The notes below the pieces were generated by a model, which searched no databases, had not been told where the DNA came from, and worked only from the letters and a program-made list of their open reading frames with translations. A program made the position numbers and the translations under genes. This document shows positions 23,359-34,891 of a stretch of 64,000 bases of DNA, in pieces. The DNA is from Selaginella moellendorffii (taxonomy: Eukaryota; Plantae; Lycopodiophyta). The DNA lies in the NCBI RefSeq assembly GCF_000143415.4, contig NW_003314262.1, positions 658,078 through 722,077 on the forward strand, written 5' to 3'. The stretch's first letter is position 1. Each line of letters starts with the position of its first letter.

Positions 23359-25146
23359 TTAGAGTTTATCTTTATGGCCGTTGATGAGCGCTTTCACTGT
23401 ATCGAGACCAAAAGGATTTCCTTCTTCGATCACTTTGAGCACGGTGCCTCCACCTGTGAAGAGATAATACTTGGGACTGTCCAGTGCCTCGTGATACAAG
23501 CCAGGATGCAAGCTGCCAGCACAAAAAAATCGATCAATCCCCATCCAAAGGAGCAAAGATTTAGGAAGAACTCACCTCTTAAACACCTGGAGCGTGTCAC
23601 CTCCTCCAAACAGCTTCTGAGCTCCAGTGTTACGGTCGATGACTTCATCCATCTTGCTGGTGCCGTGCCAAAAGTGGGGCATCAGGCCCATCACCGCATT
23701 CACGAATATGGCTTTGGCGGACGACAGTGACTCCCTCACCTCACCCGACTCGAATGACGCCGGATCGACGTCCACTATGTACTTATATTCCTTTCCTGCT
23801 TGAAACTCCTGTTAAGCCATCTAGAAAAGCTTAGAGGCAAGCAAGCGAAAACAAACCATAAACATCACAAACCTCGATGGATATAGTGCGGAACTTGTTC
23901 TTGTACCGGCCATCAAGCGTGTCTGACTCGACCAGGAGAGGCAAGTCCAACACTTTCTTTTGTTTCTTGTCAAGCTCCACAAGGCCCCTGGCCAGATCAA
24001 TATCAGACTCCTGTAGAAATCAATCCATTGAGTTAATGGACAAGAGCATGGAACGGCACAATTGCGCACACCTGAACTCCGGCAATCGAGATGTCATACT
24101 TGGCACATAGATACGTGTTGTAAATCACTCCCCCCAAAATCAGCTTGTCAACCTTCTTGTAGATTTCGGTGAGCGGGCCTATCTTGGTGTCGTACTTGGC
24201 ACCAGCAACGATCGCTACAAATGGTCGCTTTGGTTCGAGAACAGCCTTCACGTTGCTCAGTTCATCCTAAGGAGCCCAGAGATAAGAACAAATCAACTCC
24301 GTGTTTGCATGACAAAAGTTACTTGCCTGCATGCACAGTCCCGCAAAAGATGGAAGGTACTTGGCAATGTGATACGTTGACGCATGAGATTGCCATGACC
24401 CAAAAGCATCATTCACATACACATCCGCAAGTCCAGCTAGTTGAACAACGAACCTCTCCATTTTCTCTCCCTTGTCTTCCTCTCCCTGTTGTGAATAGCT
24501 CGAGAAAAATATGGAAAAATTGAAAGCTCGTTCCTTACCGCAAACCAGCGTGTGTTGGGAAGATAAACTCCTCCGATTTTCCTCGAGCGGAGGTCGTGGA
24601 TGAGCCAATTAATGGAGGTGTCAATGTCCAGAATGCCATCCTTGTCACTGTGGTGGAACTCCGGGACAACGAACTTGATTCGGAGCTTCCTCTGAAGGTA
24701 AGCCACCACAGCATCCACGGAATCATCCGAGCTGATTGTGATGCTCTTGTTCTTCTTGTCGAATGGACGCCCGATGTGTGTCATGACAATTAACCTGTCA
24801 TCTATGCCTCAACAACTTCCAAAGGCGGCATTTTTAACACTCACCGGCCACCCCTTTGCACTATGTTGAACATGGTAGGAAGCGTAACATCGATGCGGTA
24901 CTGATCCAAAATCTTTCCTGCCGCACAAATCGATGTCAGAAAGGAGAGAATTCTCGTAAAAGCCTTACCTTTCTTCACAACATTGTGATCGACACGGAGG
25001 AGAACCACCTTGTCCCGCAAATCAGCTTCCTGTAGCAGAGGTAACTTTGGATCCAAAGACGCAGCGTTGCTCCCCCGTTCATCATCCACACTGTAGCCAA
25101 TTTGCAAAGTTCCATTGTTGTTGCTCTCGGGACCGTAAGGAGCCAT
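23359..25146 (-). CDS. pgk: Phosphoglycerate kinase, divergent type, multi-exon
   Basis: PGK blocks in order: LLRVDHNVV, MTHIGRP, YLPNTRWF, LADVYVNDAFGS, IVAGAKYDTKI, LILGGVIY, GGGDT, FTGGGTVL. Confidence 0.88.
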
Positions 25147-25425
25147 GCCTCCCTTTTTACTTTTTCTTCCTTCTCTTCCTCCTCATCGTGCTGCTTGTGA
25201 GCTGTATATAAATAGCTGCAGCCAAGTGCCCAAATTTATCATCCAATCCAATAATTCTCACGGGTCTTACTCACTGTTACAGCTCGATAATTGCGGTGAC
25301 ACCACACGCTTACGTGTTTCGCAGTCGCCATTCCATTCCGGTAGCTTTTGTCCTTCCCAAGAATAGAAGAGCTCCCACATTATAAATTGGACCATTTCAT
25401 TCACACGAGCCGTGTCAAATAAACT

Positions 25426-26145
25426 TTACAAGAAATACTTCATGCGGCTATCACACCGCATTGCATTGTACACAGCGCGCACCTGCTTCCACAGTGACGA
25501 ATGAGTGAGTACCCGTCTCAGTTTTAAAGATTGAGCGAACCTGTTCACTCGATTGCACTGCAACGGGCCCGATTTTCACTGATATGTACTTGCCTTGGGA
25601 TGAGAGCTTGCTGCTAATCTCCTCCTGTAAAATGGGGACGAGTGTAGAAAAGACATAAAACAAAAGCTTCCTATCACGCACCGTAGAGACAGAAATTTGA
25701 AGAACAGTTTCCACAGCCAAAACCATTGCTCTGACGAAGTCATCACCACCGGTTCCAATGGCTGTGAATCCACGCTCCATAGGGTACGTATTCACCTTAG
25801 ACACAAAGAAAAAAGAGTAGCAAACATATATGTTACAGGCATCACTCACCTTACTATCGAGTGCCTGCCATTCATCCACCACGGTTCCTCCCATCACCAC
25901 ATTGGTTGTCCGAGAAACTCTGTTGTCGGCCCTGGAAACCTCTGTAGCTAGAAGTGGCATGGATCAAACAAATCAGGCAGCTCTGCATTACCTGAAATGG
26001 CTTTGAGGACAGCGTCCTGGACAGGAACGGCATCGCTCTCGCTGCAAAACATCCGCATCCGCCGGGGCTTGAAAGATCGGCGCCATCGCTCCAGTGTTCC
26101 AGGAGGAGTGCCCAGAGCCACGATCGCCATGCCCCTGATAGCCAT
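25426..26145 (-). CDS. DUF493/YbeD-like (ACT-fold) plastid protein, multi-exon
   Basis: KVNTYPMERGFTAIGTGGDDFV, SSQGKYISVKIGPV, VRAVYNAMR.DSRMKYFL*. Confidence 0.85.
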
Positions 26146-26267
26146 ATATCGCCCTAGAAGAACCCTAATGCCCTCGTCGCGCCAAGTCGGGTTAACGTTA
26201 GATTAGGTTTCCCGCCAAAATTTGAAGCCGATCGTTTTCCGTAGTGTATTGGGGTACGGACGAGGGG

Positions 26268-29066
26268 ATGTCGTGTGCGTCTTCGTCTTCCAAGCGAGCT
26301 CCTCCGGCGCTTGGCTATGGCAGCAACGAGGCTAGGGCACGCTACGAGGCTTATTCTCGGCTGCAAGCGACGGCGCTAGCCTTTGGAGAGCAGCTGTCTA
26401 TCCCGGAGATTGTGGCCGTGGGAGGCCAGTCGGATGGTAAGAGCTCGCTCCTGGAAGCACTGCTGGGATTTAGGTTCAATGTCCGCGAGGTGGAGATGGG
26501 CACTCGTCGCCCTCTCGTGCTCCAGATGATCCACGAGCCAGCGGCGGTGGATCCGCGATGCCGACTGCAGGTACTGCTAGTAGCAAGTGAAGTCGCTGCC
26601 TAGAAATTCCTTACATTCTTTTGCGTTTCAGCACGAGGACGACGAGGAGTATGGGCCTGTCATAGTTCCGCATTATGCTGTGGCTGAGGCAATCAAATTA
26701 AGGACCGAAGAACATCTCAAGAAGATCCGCGCGGCAGTCAGCTCCAAGCCAATTGTGATGCGTGTGGAGTATGCGTATTGTCCCAATCTCACCATCATCG
26801 ATACACCGGGTTTTATACTCAAGGTAGCGCTTCTAACTAGTGTTACTAGTCCTCCGTTTTATACATTTTTCTACTTTTCATATGGCAGGCGAAGAAAGGC
26901 GAACCAGAGAGTACACCCGATGATATCCTTCAGATGGTCCGGGCACTGGCATTGCCACCAAACAGGCTGCTGTTGTTCTTACAGCAAAGTAGCGTCGAGT
27001 GGTGCTCCTCCTTGTGGCTGGATACAGTTCGCTCCATAGATCCTGGTTTCCATCGCACTGTGGTGGTTGTTTCCAAGTTTGATAACAGGCTGGGGGTAAG
27101 TCTCTCTCTTCCTTTTTCTCGTGGCTGATACCCATGTTTCCTTCAGGAGTTTGCGGAGAAGTGGGAAGTTGACCGCTATCTCAGTGCTGGGGGTTATCTA
27201 GGTGACCATGTTCGTCCTTTTTTCGTTGCCTTGCCAAAGGACAGGGGATCTGTTACAAACGAGGAGTTTCGTAGTCAAATTGCCAGCGTAGATGCAGAGG
27301 TGTTAAAGCATCTCCGCGAAAGGATCAGTGGTGGGTTTAGTGAGGACAAATACAGTGGCAGCATTGGATTTGGAAACCTCCGCAACTATTTGGAAGCTGA
27401 ACTCCAGCGAAGGTAAGAGGTGAATTATGAGTTCCCGAACTAGCTCCTTTGTGAATCTGCAGGTACCGAGAAGCAGCTCCAGCTACACTCGCTCTGCTCG
27501 AGCGAAGATGCAACGAAGTTGCTGCAGAACTTGCGACTGCAGATGCAAAGCTCTCCACTGCAGGTGATATTGCCTCATTGCGAAAATCTGCGATGATACA
27601 TACGGCGGCTGTAGCAGGTCACATGGTACGTCTCTGGGATCAGCTTTTAAAATGTTTAGTTGTTTGTATGTTTTGTGGACAGGGAGGTTTGCTGCATGGT
27701 GCTGCAGACCTGGATCCTCTAGAGTGGGGATTGACAACAGATGAAGAACGGGTACAAAGCGGAGCGAAAAAGTGGCCAGGCCTTACAGCTGACATCCAGC
27801 CTCCGAATGCGATTCTAAAACTCTATGGAGGAGCTTCTTTCGAGCGGGTTCTTACCGAATTCAAGTGTGCCGCCTGTTCACTTGAATGTCCTTCTATTTC
27901 AAGAGAGACTGTGAGTCTGTTGTGATGTTGACTCCTTGGTTCTTACAAGTTTTCCAGGTTGCAAATGTCTTGCTTGCACATGTGGGACGATCGGGAGGAA
28001 CATTTGCCGCTGCCGCGTCAATCGCTCGTGCAGCTGCACAATCATGGCTTGGACCACTTCTTGATACTGTTTGTGATCGCCTTGGTCACGTTCTTCGTAA
28101 TCTTTTTGATCTGGCCGTTGAGCGCATTCGTACTCAAGACTCCACGAATAGTAAGTTGCTAGAGAGAGCTTTCAACAACTTGTTCCTGATTTATCTGTGC
28201 TTCTTCATACTGCAGGCGTGACAGGCTATGTGGCCTTCCAGGCAGCTGTGAGACAAGCACACGAGGGTTTCGTCCAGGAGCTGGTGAAAGAATGCAAAGG
28301 TTTGGTGCGGCACGAGTTGGCGGCAATCACGAGCCCTTACTCACATCTAAACTTCTGGGAGAATAGCTTTGGCGATGGGATTACTGCGGACATGCACGGT
28401 GCAGTGACTGACGCTGTGACAGAAGAATTGGAAAATCAAGCTCCTCAAGGTTCCTCTAAGCCTCAAGCTGCAGCTAGAGTCTCAGACTGCCCGCTGAAAG
28501 AAAGTCAACTTACTATACCGGAAACGCCGTCTCCGGAGCAGTCGAGCAGTGACGCCAAGAGGAAGGAGTACGCCATTGCAAGCGGGAGGATTGCCGACGT
28601 CACCTTTGCGACAAGGAAACGCCATGGAATGCCTGTGGGAGCTGTCAGCACTCGCATTGGACCGCTGAAAGAGGCCAGGCACAGCCTCAACAAAACTAAA
28701 TCGGTGTACGACGAGGTGTGTTCCCTGGCCATCGAGCAATTCACGCGGATCAGAGAAGTTCTCGTCGAGCGCAGCGTCCCGGCTGCGTTAAATGCTGGCT
28801 TTCTCACGCCATGGTAAGGCCGATCTAGTTACTGTTTCTGCTGCTAACGAGTCTAGAGTGTTGTTGTGGATGCATATAGCCAGGAGCGACTTGCTCTGGC
28901 ACTGGGGCTGGAGCTCTTTGCAGTGAGCGACGAGCAGTTTATGGACATGTTCGTGGCACCAGGCATGCTGGAGCAGCTGGAAAACGAGCGCGCATCCCTC
29001 CAGAAACGCTACAAGACTCTGCGATCGTGCCTCCATGAATTTCGCACGCTAGCTCGTTCTCTTTGA
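26268..29066 (+). CDS. DRP5A: Dynamin-related protein 5A
   Basis: RYEAYSRLQA, PEIVAVGGQSDGKSSLLEALLGFRFNVREVEMGTRRPL, NLTIIDTPGF, SKFDNR, LKLYGGASFERV. Confidence 0.95.
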
Positions 29067-29438
29067 CAAGGTAAGACTTTTACAATTTCACGATAGATTT
29101 GCTTCCTTATACATTAAATTGGACTAGTAGTAACGAAAACTTACAGGTTCTCTGGAAGAAAACGCTGGATTGATTAACTATCTTACAGTCCTAGTTCAAA
29201 AGGTATTTCAAAGTTGATAATTTGACGAGGCGACCTTTCGCCTCTTGTTATTCATCACCCAGGAAATTCAAAACCTCTGGCTTCTAGGTTCAGAATGTCT
29301 TGCCAGTCGCGTACAAGGTCTCTAGTCACATCCGACCAGGCCAGGTGTCCGAGCAACGGGATCGACGAAACGTCCAGGCTCTGCAAACAAGCCGCTCCCT
29401 AACATTGCAATTGATCATTTCCTTTTATTGAATTCATC

Positions 29439-29645
29439 AGTGTTGTTGTGGATGCGTGCAGCCAGGAGTGACTTGCACTGGCACTACTGGAGGTTTTTGC
29501 AGTAAACGACATGTTTATGGCTCCGGGCATCGAAAACCAGCGCGCATCTCTCGAGGAGACTCTCTCCATGAGATTCGTGCTTCTCTTTGACAAGGTGAGA
29601 CTACCAATTTTGTAGAGTTTTCATCTTGTACATTCAAGGTTAACA
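29439..29645 (+). pseudogene. Degenerate tandem copy of the DRP5A terminal exon and flanks
   Basis: Aligns to about 28857-29120 (shared AGTGTTGTTGTGGATGC...AGCCAGGAG, GAAAAC.AGCGCGCATC, TTCTCTTTGACAAGGT.AGAC) with several deletions and CGA>TGA. Confidence 0.88.
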
Positions 29646-29660
29646 AGCTGGCCAGTGAAT

Positions 29661-32437
29661 TCATCTGTCATTAAAGTGGGGTGATTGATCGTATGCAAAG
29701 ATTTTTGTTACAAAAACGACGCTACCTCGCAGCTCGTGTGGCATGAAATCTTCTGCTGTCCTGAAGCATTTTTCTGGAGAGTAGCAGCTCAAGTTCGTCA
29801 CCTGGCTTGTGTAGAGACAAGCAAATCTTTCGACCTGTAACACGAAGAGCTCAAATTCTTATTCCATAGCTTGTAATAACTCGCACCTGATGGGCAAATC
29901 GAGAGGTTTGATGCCCAGCTTTCATAAGCTGTCCCCATGTTTTATGAAACTGCAATAAGCAAGGTATAAAAAGCCTACACCTTCTCTTCAAGAAAATCCA
30001 AACCTGCTCATGAAATTTGCGTTGCATGGTCCGATGGCTCTTTTGGACTTCATCTCTTTCCCTCTGAAATCAAGTGAGAAACGTTTTTCGTTCGTAAGGC
30101 ATGTTTTACCTGCAATGCTTCTCGCTTTTCTTGCAAAGGGCTCTCCTCCTCCTTGGTTCCTTTAAAATACCTGTGTTGCCAAAAATCCCAACATTTGTCT
30201 GAAAATATAGAGCTTTACAGAACATACTTCAAGGTCCACTCCAACTTCTGTAACTCATCTTCGATCTCCTCACGGCTATGGCGAAGTCTTTGAATTTCCT
30301 GGGTGATCGATGAATAACAAGAAGTGAGCTTGCCTGATCAACTTTGATATACCTTTTGAACCGCTCTGGACGACTGTAAGAGCTCAACTTCCCGGTCAAG
30401 CTCGGGTACGACGAGCATTGTACGCCAACCTAGGATTTAAGCTTCTAGCAGAGTTATAACGAGAAAGCTTTTGAAGTACCAAGTTGCTTTTTGCTGCGGA
30501 GGATGTCGCCATATATATGATCTCCACAATACAACACCTGTAATTAAAAGTTAACTCCCGGGTTAACCAGACACCTGCGAACCTGAGCGCCGGCATCAAT
30601 CGCAAGCAGCTTGTGTAGGTGTGACACTGTTCCTCCCTGGCGCATTTGATACGAGCTGAATGTGAGCTTCCAGATCCAGACAGTGTGATGAAGTTCTTGC
30701 CTGGTATACTTTCGAGGCTTGTCTTGTTGTAGAGAGCGGGATCAGCCCAATCTAAGACAAAGACCCAGTCAAATCCGCTGAAAAGGTATAAAAGGTAGCA
30801 CCGTACCTGAGGAACTGGTGTGCCATTGTCCGTGTTGTGAAGCATACCTGTCTTAACATCTACAGCAAACAGAGGCGCCTGATTGCCATCCATGAAAAAG
30901 GACGGCTTGGCACTGGGGAAAAAAAAAAAACGAAAAATGAAGATATGAACGATGCTAAATGGTCATTGGTAGTGAATCTGCATCTACCTGGCCGTAATGA
31001 CGAGGTCGAAGTAATCGAGCCAGTTCTTGTCGGCGGAGAAGAGGAAGTTCATCACAACATGCGTATAATCCCACAAACTAAACGTAGAAACAACTTTGGC
31101 AGGAAGTCAGCAGAAAGAATTCTTTCACCTGTTGGTGACCAAGAATGTCAAGCGGCCAGACTCGCGCAGCATTTTAAGCATTGAGATTAGCTGCTCATCA
31201 GCATATATGTACCTGAGAAAAGGCACTGAGCTTTTTAGCAGCTTGTAGACACATGCTGCTTACTTGGAAGGATCATCAGCGACCGCTTGCTTCAACGTAC
31301 CATCCCTGTGGCACAAGTCGACCGCGGCACGAACATCTTTGTAGATTTCAGCATATCTGCAAGAAAAGAAATAAAAAAGTGGCGGTCAGCGAAAAAGAAA
31401 CGTACACAAGAAGAGAAACACGTACGTGGGAACTACAGGAACATCGTTCTCACAATAGACCCTGCACGAAGGAAACAACAAAATTTGCATATAGTTGTCA
31501 AGGAAAACAAGTATAGTACTCTGGCTGGGACGGAAAAAGTTCTGGATCAGTGTCTTTGAGCTCAACAAGCTGAGCAAAGAGATACGCCTCTGCCAAGGAG
31601 AACAAGGTGTCGATAAGCGCATAATCAGGCTCATCATAAGAGTCACGGGAGAGCGTATTCCCGTAAGTTGCCGTCCTCTCTTCTCTGGACAGCTCCTGGA
31701 ATCCATGATAAGCAACCTTGACATACTTGTGGCGATCCATCTGTTACTAGGTTTCGTTACAACTTACGATAGGAAGAGCGCTAAACCAACCTTGAGAATG
31801 TTTCCACGACGTTTGTCAAGCACCAAGCCTCTCACCATGTACTTCCAATCGAACATCCAGTCCAATATCTGTTCGTGTAGAGCGCGAGTGATACGGAATT
31901 TCGTGTAGTAGTAGTATGGAAACTCTTGCCTGGCGGGGGTAGCCGAGATTGTAGACGAGCTTCTTGGCAGTGGCTTGGTAGGCGAGCAGCTCAAAAGTCT
32001 CTGGCCTGTACTGCGCAAGCGTGTAGTCGAGATCAAATCCCACCGCCGAGATGCTCCTCATGTTGAGTGCCCGGTTGCAATAGATCATGGTCCTGTGATC
32101 AAGGCCAGTAGCCGCACGCGATGGTGGCGGCACAGCCTCGCGATGATGTGCTAACCATCACACCGTCAATCCTGTGAATTCGTGACCGTGAGCGAGGGAT
32201 TGGCTTACCATTGTGTGAATTGGTGGATGAATCCGCCCATACTGGCGCTGGCGCTGGCGATGGCGATGGCGATGAAGTGGTAGCGGTGGTGTAGAGCTGC
32301 ACCAATCTAAGATTTCCCTGGCACCACAGAGATCCATGAGGAGGAGGAGGAGGAGGAGAAAGAGCGGGACAAGGATGGCGACGAGGGAGATTGAATGCAG
32401 CTAGTCTTCGGAGAGCTTGCACAAATCTTGGCCCCAT
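29661..32437 (-). CDS. HAD-superfamily (subfamily IG) 5'-nucleotidase with organellar targeting peptide, multi-exon
   Basis: IYCNRALNMRSISAVGFDLDYTLAQY, RGLVLDKRRGNILK, VTNSLWDY, GDHIYGDIL, ERFACLYTSQVTN, MPHE. A further small exon near 29323-29381 is possible. Confidence 0.9.
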
Positions 32438-32520
32438 TCCTCTCGCCGCCTCATCTACAAAAGGATGCCAAGCCACTGCTAGCCTAGGGCTCTGGAATAT
32501 TCTACTCCCCTCACAAAACT

Positions 32521-33141
32521 CTATTCGTGGACTCGTGAAGCTCCTCCTCCCATTCTCTGGTAGCAGCTCGCAAGCATCTGGCGGGCAGCGTCCGCAGCGG
32601 CCGATTGTGGGGAGGAATCGAGCGCGAGGCATTCTTCCAGATCGGCAATGGCGGCCTTCACCCCTCGCTTGGTCTTGAATGCGTCGAGGCTGATGGACGC
32701 GCGCTTGATCAGCGCCTCCACCCTCTCCGACTCCGACAGGCTCTTGGACGCCGGCGGCGACAGCGCCGTGTTGAGCGATCGCAGCGCGGCAGTGAGGTGT
32801 CCCAGGTGTTGCAGTGCCAGCGCCTTGACGATGTGAGGCGCGGCGTCCCGCGGATCGCAGGCGATGGCCACATCGCACTCGCGGATGGCATCCCGCGCCA
32901 GAGACGAGCTCTTGCCCCTGTTCCTCCTCCCCTCGTCCGGTAGCTCCTTGCGCTGCCGCCGTGCTCGGGCCAGCAGATGGGCCGCCGCCATGAAATGCTG
33001 GCGACAATCTGCCCGCTGCTGCGACTTGCGCCTCCACCACCCCGATCTGCCACCGCCCAGCATGCCATTCCAACGTGCCAGCCCCCACACGAGCGCCATG
33101 GCCAGCGCGAAGCACGCCATCCACGCATCCACCCGCTCCAT
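32521..33141 (-). CDS. TPR-repeat protein with N-terminal membrane anchor, single exon
   Basis: Hydrophobic N-terminus; TPR-like AIACDPRDAAPHIVKALAL and AIADLEECLALD. Confidence 0.8.
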   Translation of the reverse strand: MERVDAWMACFALAMALVWGLARWNGMLGGGRSGWWRRKSQQRADCRQHFMAAAHLLARARRQRKELPDEGRRNRGKSSSLARDAIRECDVAIACDPRDAAPHIVKALALQHLGHLTAALRSLNTALSPPASKSLSESERVEALIKRASISLDAFKTKRGVKAAIADLEECLALDSSPQSAAADAARQMLASCYQRMGGGASRVHE

Positions 33142-33170
33142 TTTAGGGTTCTTCAGCTAGGTCTTAACGA

Positions 33171-33818
33171 ATGGAGGAAGCCACGGAGCTTGTCCACATT
33201 GTCAAGGGCGTGGCGGCCCCGGTGGTGATCCGCGAGCAGCGCTCCAGAGGCCTATCGTTCCAGGTGTGGCCAGCGGCATCGGCATTGTGCAGCTTCCTCG
33301 AGGAGAAGCAAACAGAGTGGATGGTTCCGGGCGCGAGCGTGCTCGAGCTGGGATCGGGCCCAGGCTTGGTAGGCCTTGTGGCTGCACGGCTGGGCGCCGC
33401 CAGGGTGCTACTCACGGATCTTCCACAGGCCATTCCAAATCTCGCATACAACGCCCAGCGAAACTTCCCTGGCGATGGTGGCGCGGTGATTGAGGCACGG
33501 ACGCTGCGCTGGGGCGTGGAGGAGGACGTGGCGCAGCTTGCTCAGGACTGGAGCTTCGACTTGATCGTGGCCTCGGATGTTGTCTACTACGACTATCTCT
33601 TCCAGCCTCTGCTGCAAACGCTCAAATGGCTCCTGTCGTCGTCGCCGCCGCAGGAGCGCCCCCCCAAAGTCTTGCTCGCGCACATCCGGAGGTGGACGAA
33701 AGACACCAAGTTCTTCAAGATGGCGCGCAAGTCATTCCAGGTGGAGGTTGTAGCCACGTATCCCCCGCCACCCGGGAACAAGAAGCCAGTCGTCATTTAC
33801 TCCCTCGCTGCCCGATGA
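33171..33818 (+). CDS. METTL21-like protein-lysine methyltransferase (Methyltransf_16)
   Basis: QVWPAA, VLELGSGPGLVGL, LTD, LRWG, FDLIVASDVVY motifs. Confidence 0.92.
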   Translation: MEEATELVHIVKGVAAPVVIREQRSRGLSFQVWPAASALCSFLEEKQTEWMVPGASVLELGSGPGLVGLVAARLGAARVLLTDLPQAIPNLAYNAQRNFPGDGGAVIEARTLRWGVEEDVAQLAQDWSFDLIVASDVVYYDYLFQPLLQTLKWLLSSSPPQERPPKVLLAHIRRWTKDTKFFKMARKSFQVEVVATYPPPPGNKKPVVIYSLAAR

Positions 33819-33827
33819 ATGAATCAA

Positions 33828-34694
33828 TCAATCCAATCTTTTGCGGAAATGCGAGACGAGGAGGTCGGCCAGATCCGTGAAGCTGTTGAATCGGTGGCCA
33901 ACCACATCAACGTCGACTCCCAGCCGCTTGGCACCCCGGGCGGTGACAGGGCCGAAGGCCACCAGCACGCACGGCCAGAGCGAAGCGATCGTGAGGTGGT
34001 GAGCGTGGAGCGCCATGAGCAGCCCCTCCACCTCGGCGGTGCTGGTGAAGACGAGCGCATCAACTGCGCCGGCGAGCAGCGGCGTGACGCTGGCGGAGCC
34101 GGTCCACGAGGTAGCGTAGGCGTCCAGCCGCTCGACGTCCCAGCCGTGGCGCTGGAGCGCCGCCACGAAGTTTGGGACCACGTCCGGCTCGGATAGCCCG
34201 CCGCAGGCGTAGGGAACCGGGCAAAGCAGCCGGCGTCCAGCGCCATCGCCCAGCTCCTCCACCAGTGCGTCGGGTGTCGCCACCCGGGGCACCACCACCG
34301 TCAACCTCTGCTGCTCGCGGTGCTCCTTGAACAAGTCCAGCTCCTGGATGAGCTCGGCGTCCTTGCCCAGCGCCCCCACCACCAGTTCCGCGCAGCCAGA
34401 TAATCGCACTTCTCCAAGAGCGTGCGCGATGGATGCGATGCCGGACCTGGACGTGAAGGCGATGCAGCTATAGGTGTGGAGGGCAGAGACGGCGCGGCGG
34501 ACACTGGATTGGGTGTGTGGCGTGCGCTCCACGGCTATGGTGGGGCACGAGACTGTGGCGGCTCCCTCCCTGTCTAGTGCTTGCTCCAGGCGGGGCGCGT
34601 AGCTGCCGGGTGCCGTGAATGCCACTCGCAATCCCCGGAGTCGCCCATGGCCGAGAGCAGCGCTGCATTTCCATGGCGTATGCCCTAGCTCCAT
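33828..34694 (-). CDS. hemD: Uroporphyrinogen-III synthase (HemD/HEM4)-like protein, intronless
   Basis: LRGLRVAFT.P, PTI, IAFTSRSGI, LLCPVP...EPDVVP.F, AY.T, DALVFTSTAEV, FGPVTA motifs of the HemD fold. Confidence 0.82.
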   Translation of the reverse strand: MELGHTPWKCSAALGHGRLRGLRVAFTAPGSYAPRLEQALDREGAATVSCPTIAVERTPHTQSSVRRAVSALHTYSCIAFTSRSGIASIAHALGEVRLSGCAELVVGALGKDAELIQELDLFKEHREQQRLTVVVPRVATPDALVEELGDGAGRRLLCPVPYACGGLSEPDVVPNFVAALQRHGWDVERLDAYATSWTGSASVTPLLAGAVDALVFTSTAEVEGLLMALHAHHLTIASLWPCVLVAFGPVTARGAKRLGVDVDVVGHRFNSFTDLADLLVSHFRKRLD

Positions 34695-34891
34695 TGCTGG
34701 ACACGTGGCACATAAAGCCCTAATCCTCGCAAAAAGAGATAAGGAGATCCTTTGCTATCTCCATCTTCTACGATGCCGCCCGGAGCACAAGCTTTTCCTC
34801 TTGCTCTTCCTGCCCAGGTCGGTCACCACTTGGCACTTCTCCTTGCCTTGATCTCGCGAGGTTGATGGAACTCAACTGGTGAGCGCAGGGG

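Noticed and set aside
32099-33124. 341-aa ORF running through the TPR gene into nucleotidase exon 1 (apparent fusion)
   Set aside because: Starts at GTG, lies in very GC-rich sequence where stop-free alternate frames are common, and shows no protein motif upstream of the nucleotidase ATG.
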